A DNA stretch of 64,000 bases from a plasmid, in the sequence record NZ_CP016173.1, one strand, 5' to 3'. Every line of letters begins with the position of its first letter. Within the stretch, counting starts at the first letter, position 1. Under the pieces are notes generated by a model. The model was given only the letters and a program-made list of their open reading frames with translations, searched no databases and had not been told where the DNA came from. Position numbers and translations under genes: made by a program. This document shows positions 8,075-18,046 of the stretch, piece by piece.

Positions 8075-9376
8075 TTACCCGGCGCCATTATCATTGGGGG
8101 GCACGTCGCAGCGGATAGCGACGATGGTTCCGTCCGAGAACGTCTGGTAGTAGCAGAAATACGGCGACAACCTAAGATCTAGACGGTAATCTACCGAAAT
8201 GACGGGACCGTGCGGCCCGGTATTCCCTGGGAAGGATCCAGGTGGGCCTTGAGGCCCTGTGGAGCCTGGCGATCCCGGTGGGCCTTGAGGTCCAGCCGGT
8301 CCTTGCGGGCCTGGATATCCGTTGAAATTGATTTGCGATAGCCACATCCCTACCGACCTGATGTAAGCGTCGTTGATGTAAAGGCTCCCCACCGCCGACT
8401 GCTTTGCGGCATTCGCATTGCCATTCTGGTCCAACGCGACGACCGACCAGTCGTTATGTGTCGTCTGCAACCGCCCGGTCATGGTGTCCCCGGTCACGTT
8501 CAGCGACCGCGCCCAGACACCCGATCGGCAATAGAGCGATTGCCCATCGGCGGCAGAGGCTACGGCACCATTCTGAAGAAGCGGGCTGCTTGCATCGCCA
8601 GCAACGGAATAGCACGGCTGTCCGACCACGGCCTTCGCCCCAGTACCCAACTGTAGGTAGGTCTCCATGGTATTGAGCTCAGGCTTCCCAGGCACACGGT
8701 GTCGGTACAGATAATCATTTGTCGCCATGCTGTCCTTGAAAAACAAGGCGCTTGCGATATGACCGGCAGGAACGGCTGCTCCGAAATCGGCAACAGGACG
8801 TTCCCACACGCCGCGTGTGCCGCACAAGGTACTCACGGCCACCTTGCTCGTTCCGCAGTAGTCTCCGGCAGCTACCGTGTAGCCCCCTTCTGCGCCGATG
8901 TACTGCGATACCATGCGAGCCAGCTCGTGACTTGCTGCCTGACCGCCCTCTCCTATCACCAGGGGATCTAGCTGCACCGCTTTAGGATCTACGCTCCTGC
9001 GAGTGACCCGTACATTCAGCGTCTGGCCCCAAACGTTGGTAGGTGAGAGAGACGACTGCACATAGCCATTCGTCACCAGAGTCGCAAAGGGGATGGTTGT
9101 CGTGCTTCCGACGCTGGGCGCGGCGGCGAGCAAATCCGAATAGTGGTCCTTGACATACATTGCTGCCGCATTCGCCACTGTCTTGTGGTGTATAGCAACA
9201 ATCTGCGCTGTCTTCTGGTCGTTGCTGGTAGTCATTTGGGACATGCTAAAGCCCACCAGCAACGCGATCAGCGTCAAGCCGCCGATTGCTTCGACCGCAA
9301 AGCCACCTTTTGCTGCGCGCAGCTTCCGAAGGCGGGTCACCGCATGTTTGAGTTTCATCGTAGCCATTGCGTCCAA
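8075..9376 (-). CDS. PilV-like type IVb minor pilin/adhesin with a C-terminal collagen-like Gly-X-Y segment
   Basis: Long basic leader then 'KGG|FAVEAIGGLTLIALLVG', a prepilin-like cleavage site with a hydrophobic helix. C-terminal 'GYPGPQGPAGPQGPPGSPGSTGPQGPPGS' is about 9 Gly-X-Y triplets. Confidence 0.6.
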   Translation of the reverse strand: MDAMATMKLKHAVTRLRKLRAAKGGFAVEAIGGLTLIALLVGFSMSQMTTSNDQKTAQIVAIHHKTVANAAAMYVKDHYSDLLAAAPSVGSTTTIPFATLVTNGYVQSSLSPTNVWGQTLNVRVTRRSVDPKAVQLDPLVIGEGGQAASHELARMVSQYIGAEGGYTVAAGDYCGTSKVAVSTLCGTRGVWERPVADFGAAVPAGHIASALFFKDSMATNDYLYRHRVPGKPELNTMETYLQLGTGAKAVVGQPCYSVAGDASSPLLQNGAVASAADGQSLYCRSGVWARSLNVTGDTMTGRLQTTHNDWSVVALDQNGNANAAKQSAVGSLYINDAYIRSVGMWLSQINFNGYPGPQGPAGPQGPPGSPGSTGPQGPPGSFPGNTGPHGPVISVDYRLDLRLSPYFCYYQTFSDGTIVAIRCDVPPNDNGAG

Positions 9377-9395
9377 TCCTATTGGGACTCAGTTA

Positions 9396-10388
9396 TCACG
9401 CGGTACCACTCCAACGGACCGCGTTCTTCTGCGCGGTGATTTCATCAGCCAAAGCCCTGAAGTTTCCCTGGTTGATCTTCTCTCGAATTGCGGCTTCATT
9501 AGGTGCGCCGGATATGAGCAAAGTCTCCGACGTAAGCCTACAGTTGACGCCCTCCCCGTTAGACTTTGGAGTGCGGCGCAGAGATTGGTAGATGACCAGC
9601 GCGAGGCTTTGGCTCATGATGGCGTTTACGTCGGCAGCAGGGCCACCAATAAGGCTGCGAATTCGGATGAGACCGTGCGCGATCGACTGGGCATGTGCGG
9701 AGGCCAAAAGAAGATGACCGTTGCTGCCCGCCTGCAGGAATTCTGCCGCAGTGACCCCGTCGCGTATCTCTCCGATCATGAAGAGGTCCGCGTTGCTTCG
9801 CATGCCCCGGACAAGTTCATCAGCATACGTTTCCACTTCGAGTTGCAGCGACAGACCTTTGCCGATCGTGCCAGATAACCTGGTTTCGATTGGATCTTCC
9901 AGCACAAGCGCGAGCCCACCGTGCTTTATCAATCGGGCTTCGATCGCAGTGGAAATCGTACTTGTCTTTCCAGAGCTCATTTCGCCCAATACCAACACCG
10001 CGCCTTTCAGATCGGGATGCAGCAAAGCCTCTTGCGTTGCGGAGCTGAGACCAGATTCAGCGAGCGTGCGCTCCCACCGCTTTTTCTGACGCATGACGTA
10101 CGTCACGCCTTGATGCGGGTTAGAGAAAACAGCGACGCGATAGAGAACGTCGTCGCGTATGAAAGAGAACTCGCGACGCCCAGTCCTTGAGGCCATTTCT
10201 TCGGACAGCGTTCTGAATTCGGCTATCTCTGTCTGAAACTCGTCCCCGGCTGGGGTGATCGACGCATCTTGTCCTGCAAGCCCTTTGAAAAAGGCGGATC
10301 CGGTTTGCAGGTACAGGTCGATGAAGTCAATGTCACACAGTCTTCTGGACACGATTACGCTACGAAAAGATGAAAGGGATTGGTGCAC
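9396..10388 (-). CDS. PilT/PilU-like (retraction-type) hexameric ATPase
   Basis: Walker A 'GEMSSGKTST', Asp box, Walker B 'LFMIGEIRD', His box; 330 aa is typical of PilT-family ATPases. Confidence 0.8.
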   Translation of the reverse strand: MHQSLSSFRSVIVSRRLCDIDFIDLYLQTGSAFFKGLAGQDASITPAGDEFQTEIAEFRTLSEEMASRTGRREFSFIRDDVLYRVAVFSNPHQGVTYVMRQKKRWERTLAESGLSSATQEALLHPDLKGAVLVLGEMSSGKTSTISTAIEARLIKHGGLALVLEDPIETRLSGTIGKGLSLQLEVETYADELVRGMRSNADLFMIGEIRDGVTAAEFLQAGSNGHLLLASAHAQSIAHGLIRIRSLIGGPAADVNAIMSQSLALVIYQSLRRTPKSNGEGVNCRLTSETLLISGAPNEAAIREKINQGNFRALADEITAQKNAVRWSGTA

Positions 10389-11110
10389 ATCACGACTATT
10401 ACAGCGAAGCTTATGAAGGGTCCGAACGGGAAATAGACAAACGCTTCGTGCTTGCTACCTCGCATAGCCATGATGCTGCGGACGATTAGGGCACCGACAA
10501 CAGCAATACAACCGGCGATGATTACAGGCTGTGGGCCCAGCCATGTGCCACACGCCGCGATCAGCGATACATCCCCTTCCCCCACGGCCACCTGGTCACC
10601 TGTTCGCGACACGGCAAGCAGCCAGTTGGGGATGGAGAATAGGGTCCAACCAGCGGCGGCGCCGAAGATGGCTCTTTCAACCGGAAGGGGCACGATTTCA
10701 CACGCAGACGCGAAGATCCCAGCCCACAGAACGCTTCCCACCAGTGAGCTGGGAAGGAGCTGGGTATCGAGGTCGATGAGACTAAGAAGAAGGAGTGCCC
10801 CAATGAATACGGAATAGGCCCATGCTGTTGGCGATGAAATACCAACGCGTAGCCAAAGCATTACGAATGCCATGATCCAAAAGCCACCAAGCACGGGTAC
10901 CGCGACTCGGCGAGCTCTCGCCGACAGCACTCCAGGCATGAGTTCATCGACTGACGCATCGCGCGTCGCCTGGATGTCTCGGGCAAGTGCAGAGCGTAGG
11001 CGTGCGCCCGCCGAACGCGCAAGCCAAGGGGCGAGCATGGCAACCCAAGCGATCGCCAATGCCGATGCCCCTGAGAATAGCAACCCGTCCAGATGATTGG
11101 CGCCGGACAT
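10355..11110 (-). CDS. Prepilin peptidase (A24 family; R64 PilU-like)
   Basis: Polytopic membrane protein. 'LIDLDTQLLP' (catalytic Asp) and a second Asp-containing loop 'GEGDV'; size typical of type IV prepilin peptidases. Confidence 0.75.
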   Translation of the reverse strand: MSGANHLDGLLFSGASALAIAWVAMLAPWLARSAGARLRSALARDIQATRDASVDELMPGVLSARARRVAVPVLGGFWIMAFVMLWLRVGISSPTAWAYSVFIGALLLLSLIDLDTQLLPSSLVGSVLWAGIFASACEIVPLPVERAIFGAAAGWTLFSIPNWLLAVSRTGDQVAVGEGDVSLIAACGTWLGPQPVIIAGCIAVVGALIVRSIMAMRGSKHEAFVYFPFGPFISFAVIVVMCTNPFHLFVA

Positions 11111-11114
11111 GATG

Positions 11115-11693
11115 TTAGTTTTGGCTCGTCAAGGCAATGTCCACCGCGCCGCCCGTGCCGCATGCTGCCGACGCCTCAGCAATCGTCGTGGGGATGTCCG
11201 TGATCGCGGTTGAGCCCACAGTGATGGCAGAAAATGAACCGGAGTTGGACAGCGTTTGAACCATCTTCGGACACTGCGTCGAAGGGACCGAGCCGAGCGA
11301 GATAGTAAATTTCTGCCCGCCGTCAGCGGAGACCACCGTAACAGTGCCACCCCAGTTATTGCGGATCTGCGCAGAGGCGCCAGTGCCCGTGACGTTCATG
11401 TTGCGCGGAACCACATCCGTAGACACAAGCACAGGCACTAGGTCGGTACCTTCGGGCCCATAGCCGCCGCGCGCGCTCTTCAGAGGCATCACGCCGGAAT
11501 ACAGACGGCTGACGTTCTCCGTTTCGGACGTGCCCCAGAAAATGATGTAGGCGGTGCCGATGGCAGCGAGGGCAAGGGCACCTATCAGAGCATACAGCCC
11601 CCACGTACCCATGAATTCGGTGATGAAAGATCCCCGAGCACGGCGCCGCTTGGAGATGGAAGATAGGGCGTTTATCTTGATAGCGGATTGCAT
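11115..11693 (-). CDS. Type IVb major pilin (PilS-like)
   Basis: Long leader ending '...RRRARG|SFITEF' with Glu at +5, followed by a hydrophobic helix. Confidence 0.7.
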   Translation of the reverse strand: MQSAIKINALSSISKRRRARGSFITEFMGTWGLYALIGALALAAIGTAYIIFWGTSETENVSRLYSGVMPLKSARGGYGPEGTDLVPVLVSTDVVPRNMNVTGTGASAQIRNNWGGTVTVVSADGGQKFTISLGSVPSTQCPKMVQTLSNSGSFSAITVGSTAITDIPTTIAEASAACGTGGAVDIALTSQN

Positions 11694-11720
11694 AGTTTGC
11701 TCCTGCGCTTGGAAAAGGGT

Positions 11721-12824
11721 TTACATGATGCCCATCGCACTTTGCGATGCGCGTTGAATCAAGGCCGTGCCGCTCACAACAACACCTGCCACCGAAAAAA
11801 GCATGATCATCCCGACGTTTCGTACGACCTCGGCCATGTTCTCGACGTTCTTGATCGTCTCTTCGAGCCAGTCATCCGCAAACTGCGCGATGGCGGTTTC
11901 TACACCGGACTTTGCGCCGAGAATTCGCAGGTGTCTGATCGCCTCCGGATCCGGAAACTTGTAGCCGCTAACGTGAAGCGCATCGCCAAGTCCTTCGCCA
12001 TGGTGTAGACCTGACCGCGCCGCTAGGATTCGTTGCCGGATGTAGGGGCTGGCATGTTCTGCGAGCTCTTTCAATGCATCGCCTGTTTGAACATTGGCCT
12101 GCATCAGCGACGACAGAGAGATGAGGAAGGTTGCACCGTTCACCGTTCGGTAAAGAGAGAACGGCCAAACATGATCCAGCAAGATCCGATGACGGCCGGT
12201 GTAATTCGGCTGCGACCAGCGAACAAGGAAGATGAAGCCGATGATCAAAACCACGGTATAGATTCCGTAGTTCACAACGAACTGCGACATCGCATAAAGC
12301 CCGTACGCGAATCCCGTCAACTGCGCAGGCTTAATCATGACCATTGACTGCGGAATCAGGTAGTACGCGGAGACGATCAGGACGGCCACCATCATGATCG
12401 ATAGAAATATGTTGTAGACGAAGGCCTTGCGCATCGACGCGCCGATGCGCTGCTTGGCTTTGATGAAGCGGCTTGCCTGAACCATTGCCTCCTTTAGGTA
12501 GGAAGACTTTTCACCAGCAGATATGAGGAAATACTCGCCCTCGGGGATGTAAGGAGCCATCGAGTTGGCGAATGAAATGCCGTTATCCATTCCAGCCAAG
12601 ATGTCTCTCATCATGAGAGCTACCTTGTCACGCGGCTTTTTCCCGTCGTCGCTGTAGATCTCGTACATATCCGTCAGTGCGACATCGAGCTTGTTGCCAT
12701 TCTTCAGGTGTATGTAGAGCTGGTTGTATAAACGTATGCGTTGGTTGTTCGATAGCGTTCCTGCTCTGGAGCCGACGGCCAACTCTCCATTCGGAGACCC
12801 GTGCTTGTTCCTAAGCTTCCACAT
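11721..12824 (-). CDS. Type IV pilus inner-membrane platform protein (PilR/GspF family)
   Basis: GspF-like topology with cytoplasmic domains and 3 TM segments. The start is taken at the Met (MWKLRN...) 11 bp after the pilQ stop rather than the longer listed ORF. Confidence 0.7.
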   Translation of the reverse strand: MWKLRNKHGSPNGELAVGSRAGTLSNNQRIRLYNQLYIHLKNGNKLDVALTDMYEIYSDDGKKPRDKVALMMRDILAGMDNGISFANSMAPYIPEGEYFLISAGEKSSYLKEAMVQASRFIKAKQRIGASMRKAFVYNIFLSIMMVAVLIVSAYYLIPQSMVMIKPAQLTGFAYGLYAMSQFVVNYGIYTVVLIIGFIFLVRWSQPNYTGRHRILLDHVWPFSLYRTVNGATFLISLSSLMQANVQTGDALKELAEHASPYIRQRILAARSGLHHGEGLGDALHVSGYKFPDPEAIRHLRILGAKSGVETAIAQFADDWLEETIKNVENMAEVVRNVGMIMLFSVAGVVVSGTALIQRASQSAMGIM

Positions 12825-12835
12825 TGCATTTTCCT

Positions 12836-14347
12836 TTATGCCACCAGGAGTTCGTCGGTATCCAACAGGCATACATCGAGCTCCCCAGTCTCTGGACAGA
12901 TGCGGCCCTCGTTGATCCGACGGAGCAGATGCGCACACTTCGTAATGCCGCCGTGCTGCTTCCAGTAGTCGTACGCGGCGAACTTGCTGACCTTATAGGC
13001 CTCCATCAGCGCGCGCGTTGGGGTTGCCACCTCAGCGATCACCGTCCGCCCATCGATGCCATCTAGGCATGAGCTGCATCCAGGGCCACGGAGCCAGACC
13101 GTTTCAGGCGTGCAGTACTTTTCCACGCGCTCTCGCAGGTCTTTCTGCAACTTGCCGCCGTGTTCTGTGAACTTGAGACGACAGTGCGGGCAAATAGTGC
13201 GAGCGAGCGACTGATTGACGATGCACCGTATAAGGGTGGGGTCATATAGCAAGCTGTCCGTGATGCCGAGATCACGTAGGCGGTCAAACACGGTAAGCCA
13301 GTCATTGGCGTGGATGGTCGTGTACATACCGTGCCCCGTCATCGCGGCGGCGAATGCCGCGCGGGCGCTACCGATGCTTCTCACCTCGCCGACCATCATG
13401 ATGTCGGGATCCAACCGCATGCTATGCGTGATGGCATTTGCGAACTCGGCAGCAACGCCGTCGTCGTCCAAGCCGTTCTTGTCGATGATTGGCGTCTGCA
13501 CTGCCCCGGAGATTGGAAATTCAACGGGGTGCTCGATGGTCAGCACACGGTGTTTCCCGCCGACATCTTCGCTGTACTCCGACAGCAAAACTTCCAAGGT
13601 AGTGGATTTTCCTGAGCCGGTACCACCGGAGAGGACGCAGATTCCCGTTCCCCGCCGCTTAGTCTCGTTAAGTCTTTCGACTTGTTCCGGTAGGTAGCCC
13701 AGCTCAGCGGTGGACGGTCTACCCGTACGTCGCTTATAGAGCAGGCGCAATGCCATCGCCACGCCACTTTCAGCAGGAGTGGTCGCAAGCCGTCCCGACC
13801 AAATCCCCGCTTTGTCCGCGTACTCTTTTCTCAGCCTCCCCTGCTGCCTTCGGTTCTCGTCAAAATTGGGATCACTCGAAGAGTCGATCATGGAGTTGTA
13901 GAGGGCGCTCATCATGTACAGCCCCTCTTCTGCCGACACTTCACTTTCAGTGTGCAGCTCTCCATGAATGCGGAATTGAATTTTCGCTTTGCTGTGAGCC
14001 ACCACCATGTGGATGTCGCTCGCCCCTTTCAACATGGCATTGCGCATGAGGCGAATGAGGTATTCCTGGCGATTCGTATGCGAGTCCTGTTGACCGACGG
14101 CCTCGATTGCAAGCCCGGGGTTGCCCGCATAGATCGCTTCGATCTTGGTGAGAAAGACGAACTCCATCCGCACGCGGTCATGCCCAACCCAGCGCCGGAT
14201 ATCAGCGATCTCGCCTTGAACGTCGATGTCTCGTTTATGTACGCTGTTGATGTAAATGCACTCATCATCAGCAAACACGAGCTTCTGCCGCAGATCTGCC
14301 TTATGCAAATACGTGGCGTGGGGTTTGGGGTGGATCTCGTTGCTCAT
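12836..14347 (-). CDS. Type IV pilus assembly ATPase (PilQ/GspE family)
   Basis: Walker A 'VLSGGTGSGKSTT', Asp box, Walker B 'IMMVGEVRS', His box and a tetracysteine motif (CPHC ... CSSC), all characteristic of GspE/PilB secretion ATPases. Confidence 0.9.
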   Translation of the reverse strand: MSNEIHPKPHATYLHKADLRQKLVFADDECIYINSVHKRDIDVQGEIADIRRWVGHDRVRMEFVFLTKIEAIYAGNPGLAIEAVGQQDSHTNRQEYLIRLMRNAMLKGASDIHMVVAHSKAKIQFRIHGELHTESEVSAEEGLYMMSALYNSMIDSSSDPNFDENRRQQGRLRKEYADKAGIWSGRLATTPAESGVAMALRLLYKRRTGRPSTAELGYLPEQVERLNETKRRGTGICVLSGGTGSGKSTTLEVLLSEYSEDVGGKHRVLTIEHPVEFPISGAVQTPIIDKNGLDDDGVAAEFANAITHSMRLDPDIMMVGEVRSIGSARAAFAAAMTGHGMYTTIHANDWLTVFDRLRDLGITDSLLYDPTLIRCIVNQSLARTICPHCRLKFTEHGGKLQKDLRERVEKYCTPETVWLRGPGCSSCLDGIDGRTVIAEVATPTRALMEAYKVSKFAAYDYWKQHGGITKCAHLLRRINEGRICPETGELDVCLLDTDELLVA

Positions 14348-14359
14348 TTCGCTGCCCTT

Positions 14360-14959
14360 TCAGAAGCCTTGATTGCCAACCATCCGGCCGGGCATGGGCG
14401 GCACGGCATATCCCGAGGACTCCAGCGATGGCAATGGCGTAGGAGGACTCGCGGAGAAGCCGAGGCGAATCCGTTCCCCTTCTTTGGATAGAACGACCTG
14501 GTTAACGCTGATCGACTCGACCTTGTACCCTCCAGATATCACATCGCCCTCACGCGCATCCATGGTCATGTTGCCTGGATAGAGAAAGGTGGCGTACAGA
14601 CTGTTTCCTACACCTTGGACCATCTTCACCGTTGGTGCATACGACTCTTCGATCTTGGCCGTAGTAACTCCCCTGCTTTTCAATTGAGCCTGGGCGTTCA
14701 TCACTTCCACCTGAGCCTTGATAAGCAGTCGCTGTTCGTATAGGCGCCCCAGCATTCCGACGGTCGCCCCCTGAGCTTGCGGTGTGATTTGGAGGCCCGG
14801 CGAGTCAGAAGTAGGTTTCGGCACGTTGATGGCAGGATGTGCCAGTGCCAGTTGCGGTTCGCCCTTGGCGGGCGCTCGTTCTTCGCCTTGGGCCGGGAAG
14901 ATCACGCCTAGTGCCAAGGACAACACAACAAGCCGTATAAAGGCGCTATCGCAGACCAT
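14360..14959 (-). CDS. PilP-like pilus biogenesis protein (secreted)
   Basis: 199 aa with a signal peptide; sits between the PilO-like and PilQ genes as in R64-type clusters. Confidence 0.4.
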   Translation of the reverse strand: MVCDSAFIRLVVLSLALGVIFPAQGEERAPAKGEPQLALAHPAINVPKPTSDSPGLQITPQAQGATVGMLGRLYEQRLLIKAQVEVMNAQAQLKSRGVTTAKIEESYAPTVKMVQGVGNSLYATFLYPGNMTMDAREGDVISGGYKVESISVNQVVLSKEGERIRLGFSASPPTPLPSLESSGYAVPPMPGRMVGNQGF

Positions 14960-16304
14960 ATAGTTCTCCTACCGTTTTCCATGAAAAGGAGGCAGATTCC
15001 TCCTTGAATTGCGCTTCAATGATCGCTACCCGAATTCCGTCTTCGGGAAGCCCGCTCAAGATGTTTGAAGGGATGTCAGCGCTCTCGAAGACGAACGCAT
15101 AGGTATTCCACGTCGGGGCCGGAGGTGCTGCATTCTTCGGCCAGGGGGCACCGTTTGGAAGAAACTCAGGAACGATCAGCTCAGACTCCTTCGCATCGAC
15201 CTTGAACGGGAGATCAATGCGCTGAAAGTGCGACACGAACACGTCGCGGACGTTCTTACGCATCTGGTTGAGCTCGTCACCACCCGGAGACATGTTCATG
15301 GCCAGGGAGAACGTGGCAGTGTTGTCGTTGTTGATGAGCGTCTTGACATCGCCTGTCGGGAACACGCGCGAAAACTCCGTCAAGTAATCGACGTTGGAGG
15401 CTCCAGTCTTGCGCTCGTATGTGGCATCGAGCATCGAAGGTTTGCAAGTCGCTTTCTCGAAAGCCCAGCCGCCAATCGAAATAGGTAAGCTGTAGATGGC
15501 TTCTTGGCATAGGTGCAACATCTGACTTGACCGGGGCTTGAGCGTCCACGGCCTGGTCAGCGAGGTCGATGCGATGAGGCGCCGTTGTTCAGCGTCAAGC
15601 CGCGCGAGCTCTGCCCGGTGCGCTTCCTGCGCCTGTCGGATTCGCTCGCGCTCGGCGCGCGCGGCCATTTGATAGTAGGTCCATGCGCCGACGCCTACCG
15701 CACCGGCCACCGCGACGAGTCCGCCGATGCGAAGCCATTCCCTTTTCGATAGCCCAAAGGTGAGCTGCTTGAGCTTGTGTTTCTTTTTGGCGTTCTGTGG
15801 TGTAAGAAGGGACTCAAGTTTCTTTTCGGTACCGGCAAAGGACCACGACTCAGGCGCAATTATCTGATCGTCGGACCACTCGAACATGGAGTTCAACTCC
15901 ATCATTCGCTGACGTACTCTCGCTTCGGTGCCAATGAAGTCACTGTCCGGGATGACCGCATTCTTATCCGCAGCGACTAGATAAAACAGATCCTCGGCCA
16001 ATTGGAAGACGGATAGCCAGGATTGTCCAAGTACGTCGGTCAACACTGAGGCAGCGCTATACATCTCCTTCGTGACGCCTGATTTCTTGGAGACAAACCC
16101 TCCTTGAATGATCAGGCCTTCACGGATCACGACGATATCCATGCCGTGTTCCTTGCCGAACAGGCGCGCTTCACGCATGAAGTTAACCGAGCTCTTCAAT
16201 GCCTGCCAGCGAAGCCCGACCACGAATTTCCGGCCATTGATGGAAAGGACGGTCACCCCACCCTTGTCATTCGGCTCCGCATCAAGCGTGTCGTGCCGCG
16301 ACAT
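14946..16304 (-). CDS. PilO-like pilus biogenesis protein
   Basis: 452 aa, one central TM segment; sits between the secretin and pilP-like genes as in R64/PAPI-1 clusters. Confidence 0.45.
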   Translation of the reverse strand: MSRHDTLDAEPNDKGGVTVLSINGRKFVVGLRWQALKSSVNFMREARLFGKEHGMDIVVIREGLIIQGGFVSKKSGVTKEMYSAASVLTDVLGQSWLSVFQLAEDLFYLVAADKNAVIPDSDFIGTEARVRQRMMELNSMFEWSDDQIIAPESWSFAGTEKKLESLLTPQNAKKKHKLKQLTFGLSKREWLRIGGLVAVAGAVGVGAWTYYQMAARAERERIRQAQEAHRAELARLDAEQRRLIASTSLTRPWTLKPRSSQMLHLCQEAIYSLPISIGGWAFEKATCKPSMLDATYERKTGASNVDYLTEFSRVFPTGDVKTLINNDNTATFSLAMNMSPGGDELNQMRKNVRDVFVSHFQRIDLPFKVDAKESELIVPEFLPNGAPWPKNAAPPAPTWNTYAFVFESADIPSNILSGLPEDGIRVAIIEAQFKEESASFSWKTVGELYGLR

Positions 16305-18046
16305 CAGACACCCCCGGCTGACGAAGCCATCGTGGGCGCGGGCTCGGCGATGACCGGCGTGAGCACGATCACCAGTACTTCGCGCGTCGTGGACCGATCA
16401 AACCCGCCACCAAGAGCCATGAAACCCGGATCGCCTACCCCTGTCCTGTTGCCGGTATCGCTTGACTGCTCATAGCCTGAAAGGACAACCGTCTGGCCTG
16501 AGCGTAATGCGACTTGCTGGGAGAATGTACGCGAGCTGGTCTCCGGCGCCTCGGCGGTAACCTGGCCGTTGCTGACAGGTCGGAGCTTGGCGCGCGGCGA
16601 TATGGACGCACTGAATTGAAGGATGAGATTGTCTGAGTCGATTACAAACGGCAGCACATTGGCGTTGAAGCCAGTCGTCACCGTGCCCAGCTCCAACGAA
16701 CTGACCGCGCCCACGTTGGATGCGAGCGTCGTGCTGCTGTTTTTGACGTACCCCTGCTGTTCGGCGATCTGCAAAGGCGCTGGCTGCAAATTCAATGTGT
16801 TGATGGTAGGCGTTGTGACTACCGATACGGAGCCCTGCTTGGAGAGGGCTTCAAACAGTAGTTTGGTCCCGGAGAACGAGCTGTTTGCGGTATCCAGAAC
16901 GCCGACGTTTCCGACCACAGAGTCCGCCGCAGGGGTCATGTTGCTTACAAGCCCAGCGCCGTATTTGCCGGTGATCTGCTTGTAGACAACGTTCCAGTCA
17001 ATGCCGAAGCGATCGCTGGAATCCAGCGTCACAACCATAATGTCCACATTGATCCGCACCATCCGCCGTAGCGAAGCGTTTTCGGCTTTCAGGTATGTAT
17101 CGATGCGATCCAGCACCTCCGGCGTATCCGTGACAGCCACGGAGCCAGTAGAAAAGGACACCGACAATTTGCCCTGAGGCGTGAGCATGCTCTTCAGGGT
17201 TTTCTCGATGTCCCCTGCGATATTGGTGGTGATCGCCACCTCGGTGTTTTGGGTGCTACCACCCGAGATTTCGACCGCGCTGCTCGATCCCGAACCTGAA
17301 GAAGATCCGCCGGTGCTGCCGGAACTGCTCAGTTGGTTTCCGGAAGCCACGTTGGTCTTCATCGAGGTCTTGCTCGGGATCGCGGTGATCCGGAACACGC
17401 GCGTATCGAGGTAATAGACGCTGATGATCCCGTCCGCATAGCGCCAGGAAAGACCCAGCCGTGAGGTCACCACATCGAGAAGTCCACCGACGGGCTTGCC
17501 TTGCCATTTGATATTGGCGACAAGCCCCATCTGGCCCAGATCGGCGGCATTGCCTCGCATCTGCGGCGTAATCTGATTCTGTCCGCGACCATTGCCCCCT
17601 TGCGGCATGCCAGGCGCCATGCCGGGCGGCAACGGCGGCAATGGAGGCAGCGCTGATGAGGCAAGCTCGGTGTAGGCGGTATTGGCGCTGGCACCGCTTA
17701 GATAATCCACCGCGTCTTTCGTGATGCGAACGGGCACACCGCATAGGCTCGTGATCGTCTGCCCGAACTCGTAGATCGACACCGGCTGGATAGGTGCGAA
17801 AGTCACGTTGCAGCGCAGTGCTGCGGGTAGCTTCTTTTCGACAGTGACAGGCACGGGCGTGCGCGACACCCATGGCTGTTCCATGACGCTCACGGTCTCG
17901 GGGCGTTGTGAGCGCGATCCCCGCAAATCGTCCGTAACGGTCTGTGCGGTCGTATCGTTCTTTTGCAGCGTTTCCTTCGTGCGATCAAACGATCCGCATC
18001 CAGCAAGCGTCGCGAGAGTGATCAGGGTTAGTATGGCGCGGCGCAT
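16304..18046 (-). CDS. Secretin lipoprotein (PilN-like) of the type IVb pilus
   Basis: Lipobox 'LATLAGCGS'. C-terminal secretin domain 'VALRSGQTVVLSGY ... GDPGF ... REVLVIVLTPVI'. Confidence 0.8.
   Translation of the reverse strand: MRRAILTLITLATLAGCGSFDRTKETLQKNDTTAQTVTDDLRGSRSQRPETVSVMEQPWVSRTPVPVTVEKKLPAALRCNVTFAPIQPVSIYEFGQTITSLCGVPVRITKDAVDYLSGASANTAYTELASSALPPLPPLPPGMAPGMPQGGNGRGQNQITPQMRGNAADLGQMGLVANIKWQGKPVGGLLDVVTSRLGLSWRYADGIISVYYLDTRVFRITAIPSKTSMKTNVASGNQLSSSGSTGGSSSGSGSSSAVEISGGSTQNTEVAITTNIAGDIEKTLKSMLTPQGKLSVSFSTGSVAVTDTPEVLDRIDTYLKAENASLRRMVRINVDIMVVTLDSSDRFGIDWNVVYKQITGKYGAGLVSNMTPAADSVVGNVGVLDTANSSFSGTKLLFEALSKQGSVSVVTTPTINTLNLQPAPLQIAEQQGYVKNSSTTLASNVGAVSSLELGTVTTGFNANVLPFVIDSDNLILQFSASISPRAKLRPVSNGQVTAEAPETSSRTFSQQVALRSGQTVVLSGYEQSSDTGNRTGVGDPGFMALGGGFDRSTTREVLVIVLTPVIAEPAPTMASSAGGV

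Noticed and set aside
7993-9376. Possible shufflon (invertible segments) at the 3' end of the pilV-like gene, as in R64
   Set aside because: No set of repeated 19-bp-like inverted repeats or alternative C-terminal segments is evident downstream of the pilV-like gene, and no rci gene is adjacent. The C-terminus instead carries a collagen-like repeat.
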